Below are positions 11,301-24,957 of a DNA stretch of 64,000 nt, in pieces; position 1 is the first letter of the stretch; each line of letters starts with the position of its first letter. A model generated the notes under the pieces. The model saw only the letters and a program-made list of their open reading frames with translations. It did no database searches and was not told the origin of the DNA. A program made the translations under genes and the position numbers. The stretch is from Chiloscyllium plagiosum (Eukaryota): NCBI RefSeq assembly GCF_004010195.1, contig NC_057718.1, forward strand, positions 97,281,644-97,345,643, read 5' to 3'.

Positions 11301-11849
11301 CCAGTTAAGATGGAGTCTGAAACCTTCAGGTCTGGTGCTCTGATTCAGTGTTAATAACATGATCATCTCTCTCAAAGGTATGCTGCCAGTCATACAAACT
11401 TAGCACAATGGCAGGTGAATCAAGGTCTATAGTATTTTGGTGTTTGTGGCAAAATGTACCTGGAGGTTCTTTTGCAACAGAAAGGAATAATAAAGTTGAA
11501 AAATAATAAAGCGTTCTAACAATGCACTTTCTTATAACTTGAAAACTTCAAGTGCTACGTAGAGTTAAACAAATTCATTTACTTGTTATTAATTTTACAT
11601 TGACAAAATCCAACGTCATAGGAAGTCAGAGCTGAGGAGAAAAATCAAATGCTGTCACCCAGGGCCTGAACCTGAAACTATATCCAATTCTTAAAGCAGT
11701 TCTGTGTCAGTGTTCCCGTTTCCAGGATGTCATATAACAAAGAGAGCATTACTAAAACAAAATGCAGCAAGTGTCAAAGAAGAAACTTTATGCTCAAAAT
11801 TACAAAATAAATACTTGGCACATTTTAAGTGAGAGCTCATGGATTTATT

Positions 11850-13480
11850 GTGATAAATCTTCGACAGTTCGTTGGAGGAAATAACAAGCAGGATGGATAA
11901 AGGGGAAGCAGTGGACGTAGCACATTTGGATTTTCATAAGGAATTTGTTAAGGTACCATATACGAGGTTATTTAGTAAGTTAAGAGACCATGGGTGTTGG
12001 AGGTAGTGTAAGAGCTTGGATAGGGGAGTGCCTCATGAATAGAAAACAGAGAGTTAGGACAAGGGACATATTTTCAGAATGGCATCAGGATATCTGGTCG
12101 GCATGGACGGGTTGGACTGAAGGGTCTGTTTCCATGCTGTATATCTCTATGACTCTATGGTGGAAAGCCACAGGGATCAGTGTGGGGGCCACAGTTATTT
12201 TTAATACTTATCAATGACTTGGATAAGGAAGGTGAATGTACCGGAGCCAGGTTTATGGATAACACACCATCAGATGGGAAAGCAAGTGGTGAGGATGACT
12301 AAAACAGTCTGGAGAGGGAGAGAGAGAGACAGATAGGCATGTAGACAAAAGCTTGACAGATAGCAAAAATAATGTGGGGAAAATGTGAGATTATACACTT
12401 TGATAGGAATAATAGAGGTCCTGTGATAGTTTTTAAATGGAGAAAGTCTGCGGAAAGCTATAACAGATAGGTTTGGGAGTCCTTGTGCATAAATCACAAA
12501 GAGCTAGTTGAAAAGCTCATCAGAAATAGAGAAGGCAAATGGAATGTTGGTCTTTATTTCAAAGGGAATAGAATTCCCACAGTGCCAAAGAGGCCATTCA
12601 GCCCATCAAGTCTGCAACAACTCTCTGAAGAGCATCCCAAGTAGATCCAGCCTCTGTCCTATTCCTGTAACACCGCATTTCCCATGACTAATCCACTTAG
12701 CCTGCATATCTTCAACGCTATGGGCAATTTAGCATGGCCGATCCATTGAACCTGAACATCTTTGGGCTGTGGGCGGAGACCGGAACACTGGAGGAAGCCC
12801 ACAGGGAGAACATGAAAATTCCACACAGTCACTCAGGGCTGGAATTGAACCCGGGTCCCTGGTGCTCAGAGGTAGCAGTGTGAACCACCGAGCCACTTTG
12901 AATGGAATATAAAATAGGAAAGTCTTGCTAAAACTGCACTAGGCACTGGAGAGACCACAGCTGGAATACTGTGAACAGTTTTGGTCCCTTCAGCTCAGGA
13001 AAATATCCTGGAGGCTGTCCAAACAAGGTTCACTTGACTGGTACCTGGTATGGAGGGACAGTCTTGTATGTAGTTTGGGCCTCACTGGAGTTTAGAAGAA
13101 TGAAGGGTGACCTTGTTGAAATGTGCGATATTCTCAGGGACTTGCCAGGGTTGATTCAGCGTTATTGTCCCCCCTTGCGGTGGCGGAGGGGGGGGGGAGG
13201 GGAAAGAGTCCAGGACCAGTATACGTCATCTCAGAATAAGGGGTCACGCATTTAAGATGGAGGTGAGGAGAAATTTCCTCTCTCTGAGGGCGGTGAATCC
13301 TTGGAATCCTTTACCACAGAGGGCTGTCGAGGCTGGATCATTAAGTGTACTGAAGGCTGAGCTCGATGGATATTTAATCAGTAAGCGAGTCAAGAGTTAT
13401 GTGGAGAAATTGGATTATTGGATAAACTATGAACTCTATGTATGGCAGAACAAACTTGATTGGCTGAATGTCCTACCTCT
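11850..13480 (+). mobile_element. Fragmented CR1 ORF2 interrupted by a HER1 tail and a SINE
   Basis: Degraded RT motifs (DF.K.F.KVP, RKQRV) and C-terminal SLEFRRMKGDL and WNPLPQRAVEA. Confidence 0.75.
12570..12900 (-). mobile_element. HE1-type V-SINE
   Basis: V-domain and tRNA-like head on the minus strand. Confidence 0.8.
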
Positions 13481-13799
13481 ATGTCTTAAGATTTTCCAAG
13501 AACAAAAGATGCTGATTTTAACAACATGTGGGCAAGTTAATATTTTGCAGCATATCGATAAATATGTCATGCATGCTCTGTCACAGTCATAGTCTCACCT
13601 GATCCTTGCTTCAAATCAGGCAACCTCTTTTTAAATCCTCAGCCATGCTCTTCCAAGTAAGGAACTCTGCGTTGGCAACACTTTCTCAGGTCTTGGTGTC
13701 TCCTTTTCCAATTGAGATTTCTCCCTCCCAATCGAACCAGTCTCTCGAGATTGTTGTGGCAAACGTTGTCTTCATTGAGTTATGAGTCTGACGATTTTT

Positions 13800-13930
13800 C
13801 GTTGGTTCTGATGAAGAGTCACTGGATTCGAAATGTTGAATCTGTTTTCTCCCGCAGATGCTGCCTGGGCCTGCTGAGTTTCTGTAGCGATTTTGTTTCA
13901 GATTTCCAGCATCTGCAGTTCTTTGTTTTA
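13800..13930 (+). mobile_element. PLE family C terminus with degraded hammerhead
   Basis: CTGATGAAGAGTCACTGGATTCGAAATGTT followed by GATGCTGCCTGGGCCTGCTGAGTTTCT. Confidence 0.7.
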
Positions 13931-14756
13931 TCATGCTGAATAGAAGGGGGCAAATATTTAAGGGGAGGGGAGGGGGAAGTTCGAGGGAGAGGTGAGGGGC
14001 AAGTGTTTTACACACAGAGTGGTATGAGTCTGGAAGGTACTGTCAGAGAGTGGTGGTGGAGGCAGATACAATGGGGCGTTTATGGGACTTTTACTTCAGC
14101 ACATGAATAAGCAAGGAACGGAGGGATATGGACCAAGGGCAGGCAGAAGGGATTAGTTTGGTTTTGCATCATGTTTGCCGAAGGGCCCGTTCCTATGCTG
14201 TACTGTTCTATGTTCATATCCTGGATTAGACATGAGTTGTCAACAAATGGGTGTTTATCTGCATTCTCTTCTTGACATTATTATTTATTATGAAGGTTCA
14301 ATAGATTAACAGTAAATAAATAGAGGTAATCAGTGACTTGGTCATTCTTTTAAAATCATGCAATATTTTATTAACCTTTCTTGTGTCATGTACATCATTG
14401 TCACTTGCTTCCTGGTTGCCTTTGCTATGTTTTAGTGCTAGAGTCAGCCCAGTGACAGCTTGTGTGGAAGGGTAGATACTGCTCATGGATATAAATCTGT
14501 GCAGTTGTGCTATAGATACTTTCAGTTTGAAGTGATGGCTGACAGAGATTTTCTTGTCAGTCTCCCACAAATATATTTTGAAGATTAATTTTGTTCATGC
14601 AGTTTTGAAAGTCTCTGGATTTCTTTTCATTGTAATGGGTACCACAAAAAGTACTATTGCCGAAAATAAACATAATCCCCTTCAATTCAAGAGATTTTGC
14701 TTTGTTATATTTCACGCACAAGAAAAAAAAATGCATGTTTCAGCTAATCACGTTAT

Positions 14757-15060
14757 TGTGATTGGTTAGCTCAGTTGGCTGGATGGCTGGTTTGTAATAC
14801 AGAGTGACGCTAATGGTATGGATCAGAGCGGTGCTGGAAAAGCACAGCAGGTCAGGCAGCATCCGAGGAGCAGGAAAATCGACATTTCAGGCAAAAGCCC
14901 TTCATCAGGAATTGGTTGCATTCCCACACCCAGCTGAAATTGCCATGAGGTGTCACCTTCCCAAGCCCACTCACTGTCTGAGGCACAATGATCCCAGGTT
15001 AAACCACTACCAATCTTATCTCTGTAATGAGATAGCAGACCATCGGGACTGTGATCACTT
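14757..15060 (+). mobile_element. tRNA-headed SINE (third family) interrupted by a family A terminus at about 14820-14912
   Basis: TTAGCTCAGTTGG A-box-like head; body resembles 62205-62420 and the minus strand of 36770-36880. Confidence 0.5.
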
Positions 15061-15394
15061 GATCATTTTGAACAGAATGAATTGTGCAATGGTGCACGTC
15101 AGGTACACGGTACACATAGGACAAAGTAGATGAGAACAGAAGCATTAATAGGACTGCCTTGCAAAATCATTGATCAAAACTTTATGTTTCTGACACTTTG
15201 AGTGCAATGTTTTTATAATTTCAATCAGACTGTCTGAATTTATTAATGGAGTCCATTGATTTTCTCATCCAGTTCACACCATTTTTGCTTATGCTGCTAT
15301 TGCTTTTAAAGTGGGTCAGATGTGTTTACACAGCAGCCTTTTTTTTAAATTACTGAGTTTATGACCAGTATTTTCATTTTGTTCTGACTATACA

Positions 15395-15650
15395 CACACA
15401 AGTTCTGAAACCAGAGCAACTCTTCTTCACCCAGCTCCAGAAAGGCGCACTAATGAGTGGAGGACAAACCAGTGCTCTCAAGGAATTCAGCGTAGTTGTC
15501 AACACATGGGAGACACTTGCTCAGCAGACACCAACGTGGAGGAAACTCCCAAATGAGGAGACACCATTCTTTGAGAACCCCCCTACTGGCGAAAGAAAAT
15601 ACGGAAAATGAACCAGAGAAAGGAACACCAATGATCTCAAGGTCAAGGAC
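15395..15650 (+). mobile_element. RTE-clade LINE C-terminal relic
   Basis: Translates to LQKG...GGQ and VNTWETLAQQTPTWRK...FFEN, matching the RTE WExLAxDRxxWR motif. Confidence 0.65.
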
Positions 15651-15721
15651 CAATTCCCATCTCCTGGAAAAACCTGCCAAATGTGTAGTGGGAGATGTGA
15701 ATCAGGTTCAAATGCAACAAG

Positions 15722-15915
15722 ATCTGGGCAGAGGAAGTGGTGGAGCCTGGTACAGTTCCAGCATTTAAAAGGCATCTGGATGGGGAAATGAATAGGAAGA
15801 GTTTAGAGGGATATGGGCCGAGTGCTGGCAAATGGGACTAGATTAGGTTAGGATATCTGGTCAGCATGGACGAGTTGGATGGAAGGGTCTGTTTCCATGC
15901 TGTACATCTCTATGA
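15722..15915 (+). mobile_element. HER1/CR1 LINE 3' end
   Basis: GAGGAAGTGGTGGAG...GCATTTAAAAGGCATCTGGATGG...CTCTATGAC. Confidence 0.85.
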
Positions 15916-16061
15916 CTAATATCCAGGTTATCTGTCAGACCCCTTTTCCTCTCCACCACCACATTCCTGATGAATGGCTCATTCCCCAAATGTTGATTCT
16001 CCCGCTCTTCGGATGCTGCCTGACCTGCTGTGCTTTTCCAGCGCCACAATTTTCAACTCTT

Positions 16062-16845
16062 GTGCTGACAAGTGACAAATAACATTCACACCACACAAAT
16101 TCCAGCTGTGACCATCACCATTGAGAGACAATCTAACCACCGCCCCTTGACATTCAATAGTGTTACCATCAATGAATCCCCCACTGTCAACATCCTGGGG
16201 GTTACCATTGACCAGAAACTCAACTGGACTCACCACATAAACACAATGGCTACAAGAGCAGGTCAGAAGCTGGAAATACTGTGGCAGGTAACTCACCTGC
16301 TGATTCCCCAGAGCCTGTCTGCCATCTGCAAGGTGCAAGTCAGGAGTGTGATGGAATACTCCCCACTTTCCTGGATGGATGTAGCTCCAACTGCACTCAA
16401 GAAGCTTGACACTATCCAGGACAAAGCAGTCCAGTTGATTGCCACCACATCTACAAGCACCCATTCCACCACCGTCACTCAGTTGCAGCAGTGTGTACCA
16501 CCTACAAGCTGCACTGCAGAAATCACCAAAGATCCTCAGACAGCACCTTCCAAACCCACGTTCACTTCCATCAAGAAGGACAGGGGCAACAGATACATGC
16601 AAACACCACTACCTTCACATTCCCCTTCAAGTCACTCACCATCCTGGCTTGGAAATATATCAGCCATTCCTTCGCTGTTGCTGGGTCAAAATCCTGGAAT
16701 TCCCTCCCTAAGGGCATTGTGGGTCAACCCACAGCAGGTGGACTGCAGCGGTTCAAGAAGACAGCTCACTCCCACTTTCTCAAGGGGCAACTAGGGACAG
16801 GCAAGAAAAGCTGGGCAGGCAGTGACGTCCACGTACCATGAATGA
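16062..16845 (+). mobile_element. 5'-truncated CR1/L2-type LINE (RT C-terminus and 3' UTR)
   Basis: ILGVTIDQKLNWTHHI...QVRSVMEYSPLSW...LDTIQDKA, then SKSWNSLP in another frame. Confidence 0.85.
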
Positions 16846-18001
16846 GTTTCAAAAAGAAAAGGCCAGGCAAGAACTCAGAGAACCAAGACCGGTGATACGG
16901 AATTTCCCAGGAGGACAATCATACTCGTTATCCCCGGATTGCCGATTGACGACATGACCATGTGGTGAAGAAAGGTCAGACATAGTAGAAAGAACACGAC
17001 TTTATTTGGCAACTTCCACATGAAGAAACGTACCAAGGTTTACAGGCAGGTTTGTCAAGTGACGCTTGACAAAGAGCCCCACGATGGGAAGGTGATGAAG
17101 AGCTCGATCAAAAGTGATCGGAGTGTCTTATTGAGCAAAGACAGGAAGGGAGGTGGAGAGTTTCAGGGAAGGATTCCCAGAGACAAAGGCCCAGTTAGCT
17201 CTTGGCTTGATCACCAATGGTGTTGTCATTAAAACTGGAATGCTTCACAGTCCAGGTTTAATGGAAACATAGCAAAGTTTAGAAAGCAAATTTTAATTAT
17301 GGACAGTAAAGTACAGCGATTAACAAAAGCACCAAATTATTTCAATGGCCTGAAGATGTCAGTGATGGTTTCATCTCACCTACAGTTAACATGCCAAATA
17401 TTCAGAATAAATTATTGCATATCTTTCAAATGCTGCTGTCAGGGTTATGGCTGTTGAGCGACCAAGGGTTATTATTCACAGTTAGTGGTTTTAAAGTGGT
17501 CCTTTCCTGATGAGTAACATCTGACTATTCAGAGAGTCGTAAAATTATCCAGGACAGAAGAGATCCTTCGGCCTATTCAGTATGCACTGACAAACACTGT
17601 TTCTCAATCTCTACTGGCCTCACGGTCAAGCACTTGGCCTGTTACCTTTGTGAAGCCTCACCTACCTTCCTAGGCAACACATTCTAGATTGCAATCACCC
17701 TTTGGGTGAAAACGTTTTTCCTCAAATCCCTTAAAATTATTCCCTCTTTTTATTGATCGTTTCGCCAAGAGGAACAGCTGCTTCCTATCCACTCTGTCGA
17801 CACCTCTCAAATGGGATTACACTTCTATCAGGTCTCCCCTTGGCCTTCTTTGCTTGAAAGAAAACAACCTGAGTTTATCCAGCCTCTCTTCATAGCTAAA
17901 ATGTTCCATCCCAGACAAATCCTGCTTAATGTCTATTGCACTCCGTCCAGTGCAATGGCCTGGTGATCAGAACTGCACACAGTTGGCCTACTAAAGTTCT
18001 G

Positions 18002-18843
18002 GGAGAAAGTGAGGACTGCAGATGCTGGAGTACCAGAGTTGAAAAATGTGGTGCTGGAAAAGCGCTGTGGGCCAGGCAGCATCCGAGGAGCAGGGTAATC
18101 GACGTTTCGGGCATAAGCCCTTTTTCAGGAATGAGGCTAGTGTGCCAAGCGGGCTGAGATAAAAGGTAGGGGGNNNNNNNNNNNNNNNNNNNNNNNNNNN
18201 NNNNNNNNNNNNNNNNNNNNNNNNNNNNNNNNNNNNNNNNNNNNNNNNNNNNNNNNNNNNNNNNNNNNNNNNNNNNNNNNNNNNNNNNNNNNNNNNNNNN
18301 NNNNNNNNNNNNNNNNNNNNNNNNNNNNNNNNNNNNNNNNNNNNNNNNNNNNNNNNNNNNNNNNNNNNNNNNNNNNNNNNNNNNNNNNNNNNNNNNNNNN
18401 NNNNNNNNNNNNNNNNNNNNNNNNNNNNNNNNNNNNNNNNNNNNNNNNNNNNNNNNNNNNNNNNNNNNNNNNNNNNNNNNNNNNNNNNNNNNNNNNNNNN
18501 NNNNNNNNNNNNNNNNNNNNNNNNNNNNNNNNNNNNNNNNNNNNNNNNNNNNNNNNNNNNNNNNNNNNNNNNNNNNNNNNNNNNNNNNNNNNNNNNNNNN
18601 NNNNNNNNNNNNNNNNNNNNNGGGGTCTGTCTGGAGGTGGCGGAAATGATGGAGGATGATACGATGTATCCGGAGGTTGGTGGGGTGGAAGGTGAGGACC
18701 AGTGGGGTTCTGTCCTGGTGGTGATTGGAGGGGTGGGGTTCAAGGGCAGAGGTGCGGGAAGTGGAGGAGATGCGGTGGAGAGCATCGTTGACCACGTCAG
18801 AGGGGAAATTGCGGTCTTTGAAGAAGATGGCCATTTGAGTTGT
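18002..18843 (-). mobile_element. 5'-truncated PLE (family A, Neptune-like), spanning an N gap
   Basis: FFKDRNFPSDVVNDAL...RTPLVLTFHPTNLRIHRII linker region plus family A terminus; TSD TACTAAAGTTCTG at 17989-18001 and 18844-18856. Confidence 0.85.
18174..18621. other. Assembly gap
   Basis: Run of N. Confidence 1.
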
Positions 18844-19539
18844 TACTAAAGTTCTGCACAGCTCCAGCATTACGTCCCTGCTTTTAAAATCTTTGCCATG
18901 ACTAATGAAGGCAGTTGTCCCGTATGCTGCCTTAACCACCTTATTACTGTAACATTTAGGGAATTGTGGACAAGTACCGCCCAGGTTCCTCTGAGTTTCC
19001 TAGTCTCCTGCCATTCATTGAGCACTCTCTTGTCTTGTTACTTCTTCCATCTGCTACTCCTCAACCCACTGACCCAGTTGATCACGATCCCATTGTACTC
19101 TGAGATCGCCTTCTTCAGCGTCGAAAATACCACCAATTTTGGTGTCATCTGCAAATATACTAACCATGCCGCCTATATTGTCATCCAAATCATTTATATA
19201 AATGACAAGCAAAGGTGGACCCAGCATTGATCCTTGCGACAGACCACTAATCACATGCTTCCAGTCTGAACAATAACCCTCTACCACCACCCACTGTCTC
19301 CGACAGTCAAACTAATTTTGAGTGCAATTGTCGAGTGATCTAACCTTACTAACCAGTCTACCATGTGGAACCTTGCTGAAGGCCTTGCTCAAGTCCATAT
19401 AGACCATGTCTACCCCTTTATATTTAATGTTCATGACATTTATAATATTACAGAGCCCTGTTACTGCGTTAACCATGGATATAACTGGTGTTTTTAACAA
19501 TAAGGATCAGTTGAACAATGCAGTGGTTTAATCCAATGC

Positions 19540-20555
19540 AAAGTTGAGAGTGTGATGCTGGAAAAGCACAGCAGGTCAGGCCGCATCCGAGGAGCAGGAG
19601 ATTCAAAGGGCATAAGCCCTTCATCAGGAATGAGGCTTGTGGGCCAGGGTACTGAGAGATAAATGGGAGGGAGGGTGGGGCTGGGAGGAAGGTAGCTGGG
19701 AATGTGATAGGCAGATGAAAGTGGGGGAGAAGGTGATAGGTCAGAGAGGAGGATGGAGCGGAGAGATGGACAGGTCAAGAGGACGGATAGTGTGGGGGGA
19801 GGGGAATTGAGAAAACTGGTGAAATCCACATTAATCCTGTGTGGTTGCAGGGTCCCAATGCGGAATATGAGGCGTCCTTTCTCCAGGCGTTGGGTGGTAA
19901 GGGTTTAGCGGTGGAGGAGGCCCAGGAATTGCATATCCTTGGTGGAGTGGGAGGGGGAGTTAAAGTCTTCAGCCACAGGGCGGTGAGTTGGTTGGCGCGA
20001 GAGTCCCAGAGATGTTCTCTGAAACGATCCGCAAGTTGGCGTCCTGTCTCCCCAATGTAGAAGAGACCACATCAGGTGCAACGGACACAGTAGATGAGTG
20101 CCCGGAGTGGGGTTTGGGCTGGTGGTGGTGGAGTGGGAGGGCGTGGATCTGACGATGGAGTCTCTCCGGAACGCTGATAGGGGTGTGGAGGGAAATATAT
20201 CTCTGGTAGTGGGGTCTGTTTGGAGGTAGCGGAAATGGCAGAGGATGATGCAATGTATATGGAGGTTGGTGGGGTGGAAGGTGAGGACGGTGGAGGAGGG
20301 TAGGGGTGGGGGTGGTGGTGGGGGCTTCTGTTGTTGTTGCATTGAGAAGGGTGAGGTTTAAGCGCGGAGGTCCAGGAAATGGAGGAGGTGCACTGGAGGG
20401 CATCATCGACCATGTGGGAGGGGAATTCCTGATGAAGGGCTTATGCCTGAAACATTGATTCTCCTGCTCCTCGGATGTTGCCTGACCTGCTGTGCTTTTC
20501 CAGCACCACACTCTCAGACCTTGATCTCTAGCATCTGCAGTCCTCACTTTCTCCT
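19540..20555 (-). mobile_element. PLE family A with GIY-YIG endonuclease relic and inverted terminus
   Basis: Minus strand gives LIYCVRCT*CGLFYIGETGRQLADRFREH and VAEDFNSPSHSTKDM (frameshifted); inverted terminal copy with a degraded hammerhead at 20428-20555. Confidence 0.85.
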
Positions 20556-20619
20556 GCTGGGGGATGGCCCATTTCTATCCTGTATGACTGTCTGATTCTA
20601 ATTCCAGAGGGAATTAATG

Positions 20620-20805
20620 AAAGAATGAACTGCAGATGCTGAAAATCTGAAACATGAACAGAAATTTCTGGAGAAACCCAGCCAGTCTGGCAGCGTCTGT
20701 GGAGAGGAAGAACTGCAAAAGGGTGACGAGGCTTGACATGTTCACTCTGCTTTCTCTTCATAGATACTGTCAGACCTGCCGAGTTTCTCCAGAAATTTCT
20801 GTTTT
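20620..20805. mobile_element. PLE family C foldback fragment
   Basis: ACAGAAATTTCTGGAGAAAC and its reverse complement GTTTCTCCAGAAATTTCTGT form the arms. Confidence 0.7.
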
Positions 20806-20851
20806 TGCAACGCTTCAGTGAACCTTTGTGGCACTATCTCCAAAGCAAGTA

Positions 20852-21122
20852 CAGTATAACCTCAATTACCCGAACATCAGTTATCCAAATTTTGGGTTAT
20901 CCGAATAAGATCTCAAAGTCTCATAACAATGGCATTAGGCGACTCAACATTCAGTTGTCAGTTGAATGGCATTATGGCTTGCATTTCTGGATAACCGAGG
21001 CATGTTCGATAACCACCACTCAAATTACTGCTTTGTTTACGATCAGATCGATTACCCGAACGATCAACTATCCGAACAAAATACTCCCCGGCCGTCTCGT
21101 TTGGATAATCGAGGTTGTACAG
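20852..21122. mobile_element. Tc1/mariner (Tigger/pogo-like) MITE
   Basis: Imperfect terminal inverted repeats CAGTATAACCTCAATTACCCGAAC / GTTTGGATAATCGAGGTTGTACAG; TA on both sides; internal TTATCCGAA-like repeats. Confidence 0.8.
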
Positions 21123-21678
21123 TACATCCTTTTATAAATGCAGAGAGAAAAACTGCATACAGTATTCCAGATGCAGTCTCACCGAAGCCTTGCAGAACTC
21201 TAGCAAGACCTCTTTATTTGTATACACCAATCCACTGAGCGGCGTGGGCTATGATGGGATGTAAAGCAGGATATGGTGACAAGGGTGGCAAGACCCATCC
21301 CAACATTGAGAACAGTCAGTTCATCTTTTACACTTTTCAAAAGGGGCATAGCATGATTTTTGCCAGGCAGTGGCAGGCTGCCTATCGATACTCATTATTG
21401 CTTGTTAAACACCATATTAATACTGCAATTCACTTCATCAAGATCCAAACTCCCAACTAATCCAATGTTTAATCCATTTAATTAATATTAAAATAACACC
21501 TGGATAGCCTGGAGAGGTACCTGCATATCCACAAATTATTCAACAGAGTAATCTCACCGGTACGCAGCGTTTGAAGGAACATGGTGAGGCAAGGTTGCTG
21601 GTTCGCTGGATCTCCTGGTTTCACTGAGAAATACTTATATATACTTACAAATACTTGGGCAAGACATATATAATTAGA

Positions 21679-22085
21679 GGAGAAAGTGAAGTCTGCAGAT
21701 GCTGGAGATCAGAGATGGAAATGTGTTGCTGGAAAAGGAACCCTCCAACCACAAGGGATGAACTCGGATTTCACCAGTTTCCTCATTTCCCCTCCCCCCA
21801 GCCTGTCTCAGTCAAATCCATCAAATTCAGCACCGCCTTCCTAACCTGCAATCTTCTTCCCGACCTCTCCGCCCCCACCCCAGTCTGACCTATCACCCTC
21901 ACCTTGACCTCTTTCCACCTATCACATTTCCGACGCCCCTCCCCCAAGTCCCTCCTCCCTATCTTTTATCTTAGCCTGCTGGACCAACTTTCCTCATTCC
22001 TGAAGAAGGGCTAATGCCCGAAACGTCGATTCTCCTGTTCCCTCGATGCTGCCTGACCTGCTGCGCTTTTCCAGCAACACATTTC
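21679..22085 (+). mobile_element. PLE family A 3' end with inverted 5' arm
   Basis: TSD CATATATAATTAGA at 21665-21678 and 22086-22099; ORF end GTLQPQGMNSDFTSF; pyrimidine-rich 3' UTR. Confidence 0.85.
21996..22031 (+). ncRNA. Minimal type I hammerhead ribozyme (family A)
   Basis: ATTC-CTGAAGA-A-GGGC(TAAT)GCCC-GAAACGTC-GATT; predicted cleavage after GUC at 22027. Confidence 0.8.
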
Positions 22086-22139
22086 CATATATAATTAGAA
22101 GTAGGGCTTTGGGTAGTGTTGAGAAAAGATAGACCTGGG

Positions 22140-22825
22140 GGGTTCAGGTACATCATTCTTTGACATTGACGCACGTATAGATAGGCTGGTTAAGAAGGCC
22201 TTCAGCAAGCTTGCCTTCATTGCTCAGTCCTTTGAGTTTAGGAGTTGGGACATTGTGTTGAGATTGTACACATTGGTGAGGCCCTCTTCTGGAGAACTGT
22301 GTGCAGTTCTGGTCGCCCTGTTATAGGAAGGATATTATTAACGTGGAGAAGGTTCAGAAGAGATTTGCCAAGATGTTACCAGGAATGGAGGGCTTGAGTT
22401 ATAAGGAGAAGCTGGATTGGCTGGGACTGTTTTCACTGGAGTGTAGGAGGTTAAGAGGTGACCTTATAGAGTTTTATAAAATCATGAGGGATACAGATAA
22501 AGCGAATGGCAAATGTCTTTTCTCTAGGGTGGGGGATTTCAAGTCTCGGGGGCATATTTTTAAGGTGAGAGGAGAAAGATTTTAAAAATACATGAGTGAC
22601 TTTTATTTTAACACAGACTGTGATTCACGTGTGGAATCAACTGCCAGAGGAAGTGGCGGATGTGGGTACAATTACAACATTTAAAAGACATTTGGATAAT
22701 TACACGGATAGGAAATGTTTGGAAGGATATGGACCAGGAGCAGGCAGGTGGAACTAGTTTAGGTTAGGACTATGGTCGGCATGGACTGGTTGGAACCAAG
22801 GGCCTGTTTCCGTGTTGTATGACTC
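22140..22825 (+). mobile_element. HER1/CR1 LINE 3' portion
   Basis: QFWSPCYRKDIINVEKVQKRFAKMLPG...RRLRGDLIE through to the 3' tail. Confidence 0.9.
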
Positions 22826-23054
22826 TAGGACTGTACTGGTAGTAGCTGGTAGAACATCCATTGGTCACTGCTGTGAGATGAATGAATATTTTAAAAAAGA
22901 ACAGGCAATCATAAATACCGTCAGTGAGGTTTCTGATTGACGGTTGCTTTAGAATTCTGGGTGATTGGGTACTGAATAATAGGGACTTTATAAAGAGTTG
23001 GAAACTTGAGCCACAAGTGACAAGAACATTACCTAATGAATAGTTACTGTCAGA

Positions 23055-23240
23055 GTGAGGCTGTGGCCTAGTGGTATTCTTGCTGTACTCTGAATCCAGA
23101 GACCCAGATAACATTTTGGGGACCCAGGTTCATATCCTGTGGCTGCAAATGGCTTGAATTTAAAGCAAAATTTGACTGCGATGACCCTGATTGATGGGAA
23201 AGCCCATCTCGTTAACTCATGTCCTTAAGGCAAGGAAATG
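23055..23240 (+). mobile_element. tRNA-headed SINE fragment (fourth family)
   Basis: GTGGCCTAGTGGTA head; related to the minus strands of 30845-31165 and 42960-43260. Confidence 0.5.
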
Positions 23241-23242
23241 GG

Positions 23243-23550
23243 ACGGCCTGGTGGCTCAGTGGTTAGCACTGCTGCCTCACAGTGGAGGGTTTGATTCCAG
23301 CCTCGGGTGACTGTCTGTGTGGAGTTTGCACTTTCTCCCCATGTCTGTGCGGGTGTCCTCCGGGTACTCCGGTTTCCTCCCCCAGTTAAAGATTTGCAAG
23401 TTAGGTGGATGGCCATTGCATTCAGGGATGTGTAATTGAGTTTCATTAGCCGTGGGAACTACAGGGATAGGATAAGATAGTGGGATGGTCTTCGGAGGGT
23501 TGGTGTGAACTTATTGGGCTGAATGGTCTGTCTCCACACTGGAGGACTTC
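23243..23550 (+). mobile_element. HE1-type V-SINE
   Basis: Head and V-domain. Confidence 0.85.
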
Positions 23551-24489
23551 TATACACAAACAAATCTGAGTTTACCTGGTCTAGCCTACATGCAACTCCA
23601 GATCCAGAGCAATTTGGTTGATTCAACAGCTCTCTCTCTGGGCAGCTAAGGAGGGGCAATAAGTCCCAGTGATGCCCACATCTTGTAGACAATGTAAAAA
23701 AAAAGAGAGAAAAGTTTGGGAGAAGGCTGATTGAGTTAGCAGCAATAGGCTTTGACAAAGGAAATGCAGCAATCGATGGACAATCAGAGACTCTAATAAG
23801 AAACTGAAAAAAAAACCCAACAGTTCAGCCACAGGGCATAGTTAGTGAAATACTATGGTCTGGACTCTTGTACAGTTCCACTTGATAAATCAATCCAATC
23901 GCTATTCTGACCAGCAGCAAAACTTTCTGAACAGATTCAGACGCGGATGCTATATCTTCCATGCATGGATTTCCACTTGAATTTTCTCCTGCTCTTTATT
24001 GATTTTTGTTTGGGTTTATTCTGAGTGGGTCATTAGTGGTGGAAAAAAGCAATTTACTTGCAACAAGGACAGCCATGGGCAAACTCAACTGCCTTTGACT
24101 GACACAAAATGTTGGGATGAGAGATATTCAGTTTGGGAGAATCCAGTTCCAGGAGTGTGCGGAGAGAACTACGTTGAAGTTTGCCAGATTGAAAGATTTG
24201 CGAGCAAGTCACAATATCATTTGTAGTTTACTGGGAAAATAGAGTCATCCAGTAGGGAAACAGACCTTTCTGTCCAACACATCCACACCAATCAGGTATC
24301 CTGAAACTAAACTGTTCCCATTGGCAAATCGGACTAGATCAGTTTAGGAAAGCTGGTCAGCATGGACGAGTTGGGCTGAAGGGTCTGTTTCCATGCTGTA
24401 CATCGCTATGACTCCCTCTTCTTTTGCCTTTGCTCGTCCCATTAAGTTGGGTCACAGATCATGGTGACCCTTCTCCAATTCCACACACT

Positions 24490-24820
24490 CACAGAATCAT
24501 ACAATCCCCACAGGGTGGAAACAGGTCATGAGGCCCAACAAGTCCACACTGACCCTCTGAAGAGACCCATTCCCCTACCTCTATCACTCTACATTTACCC
24601 CTGACTAATGCACCCAACGTACACATCCCTGAACACCATAGACAATTTAGCATGACCAATCCACCTAACCTGCACATCTTTGGATTGTGGGAGGAAACCG
24701 GAGCAACCCCACGCAGACACAGGGAGAGCATGCAAACACCATACAGACAGTTACCCGAGGGTGGAATCAAACCCGGGTTCCTGGCGGTGTGAGACAGCAG
24801 TGCTAACCACTGAGACACCA
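24490..24820 (-). mobile_element. HE1-type V-SINE
   Basis: Near full length. Confidence 0.9.
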
Positions 24821-24957
24821 TGATGCCTCCTGCCCCTTTATCTCAGGACCCTCCTCTCTGGAGTCAAATCAGAATCAAAGCATTAACTTTGCCTCTCTGT
24901 TCACCCATGCTGCCAGATCTGCTGAGTTTCACGAGCACTTTTCAGTTTTTACTTTAG

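Larger units (their letters stand above)
17530..19415 (-). mobile_element. CR1 LINE fragments hosting the PLE at 18002-18843
   Basis: MDLSKAFSKVPH, SQGSMLGPPLLVIYINDLD, IFADDTKIGG and SRDVMLELCRTLV motifs. Confidence 0.85.

Noticed and set aside
16072..16794. 240 aa ORF as a host gene
   Set aside because: Frameshifted C-terminus of a LINE reverse transcriptase.
17926..18939. 337 aa ORF
   Set aside because: Mostly an N gap joining CR1 and PLE fragments.
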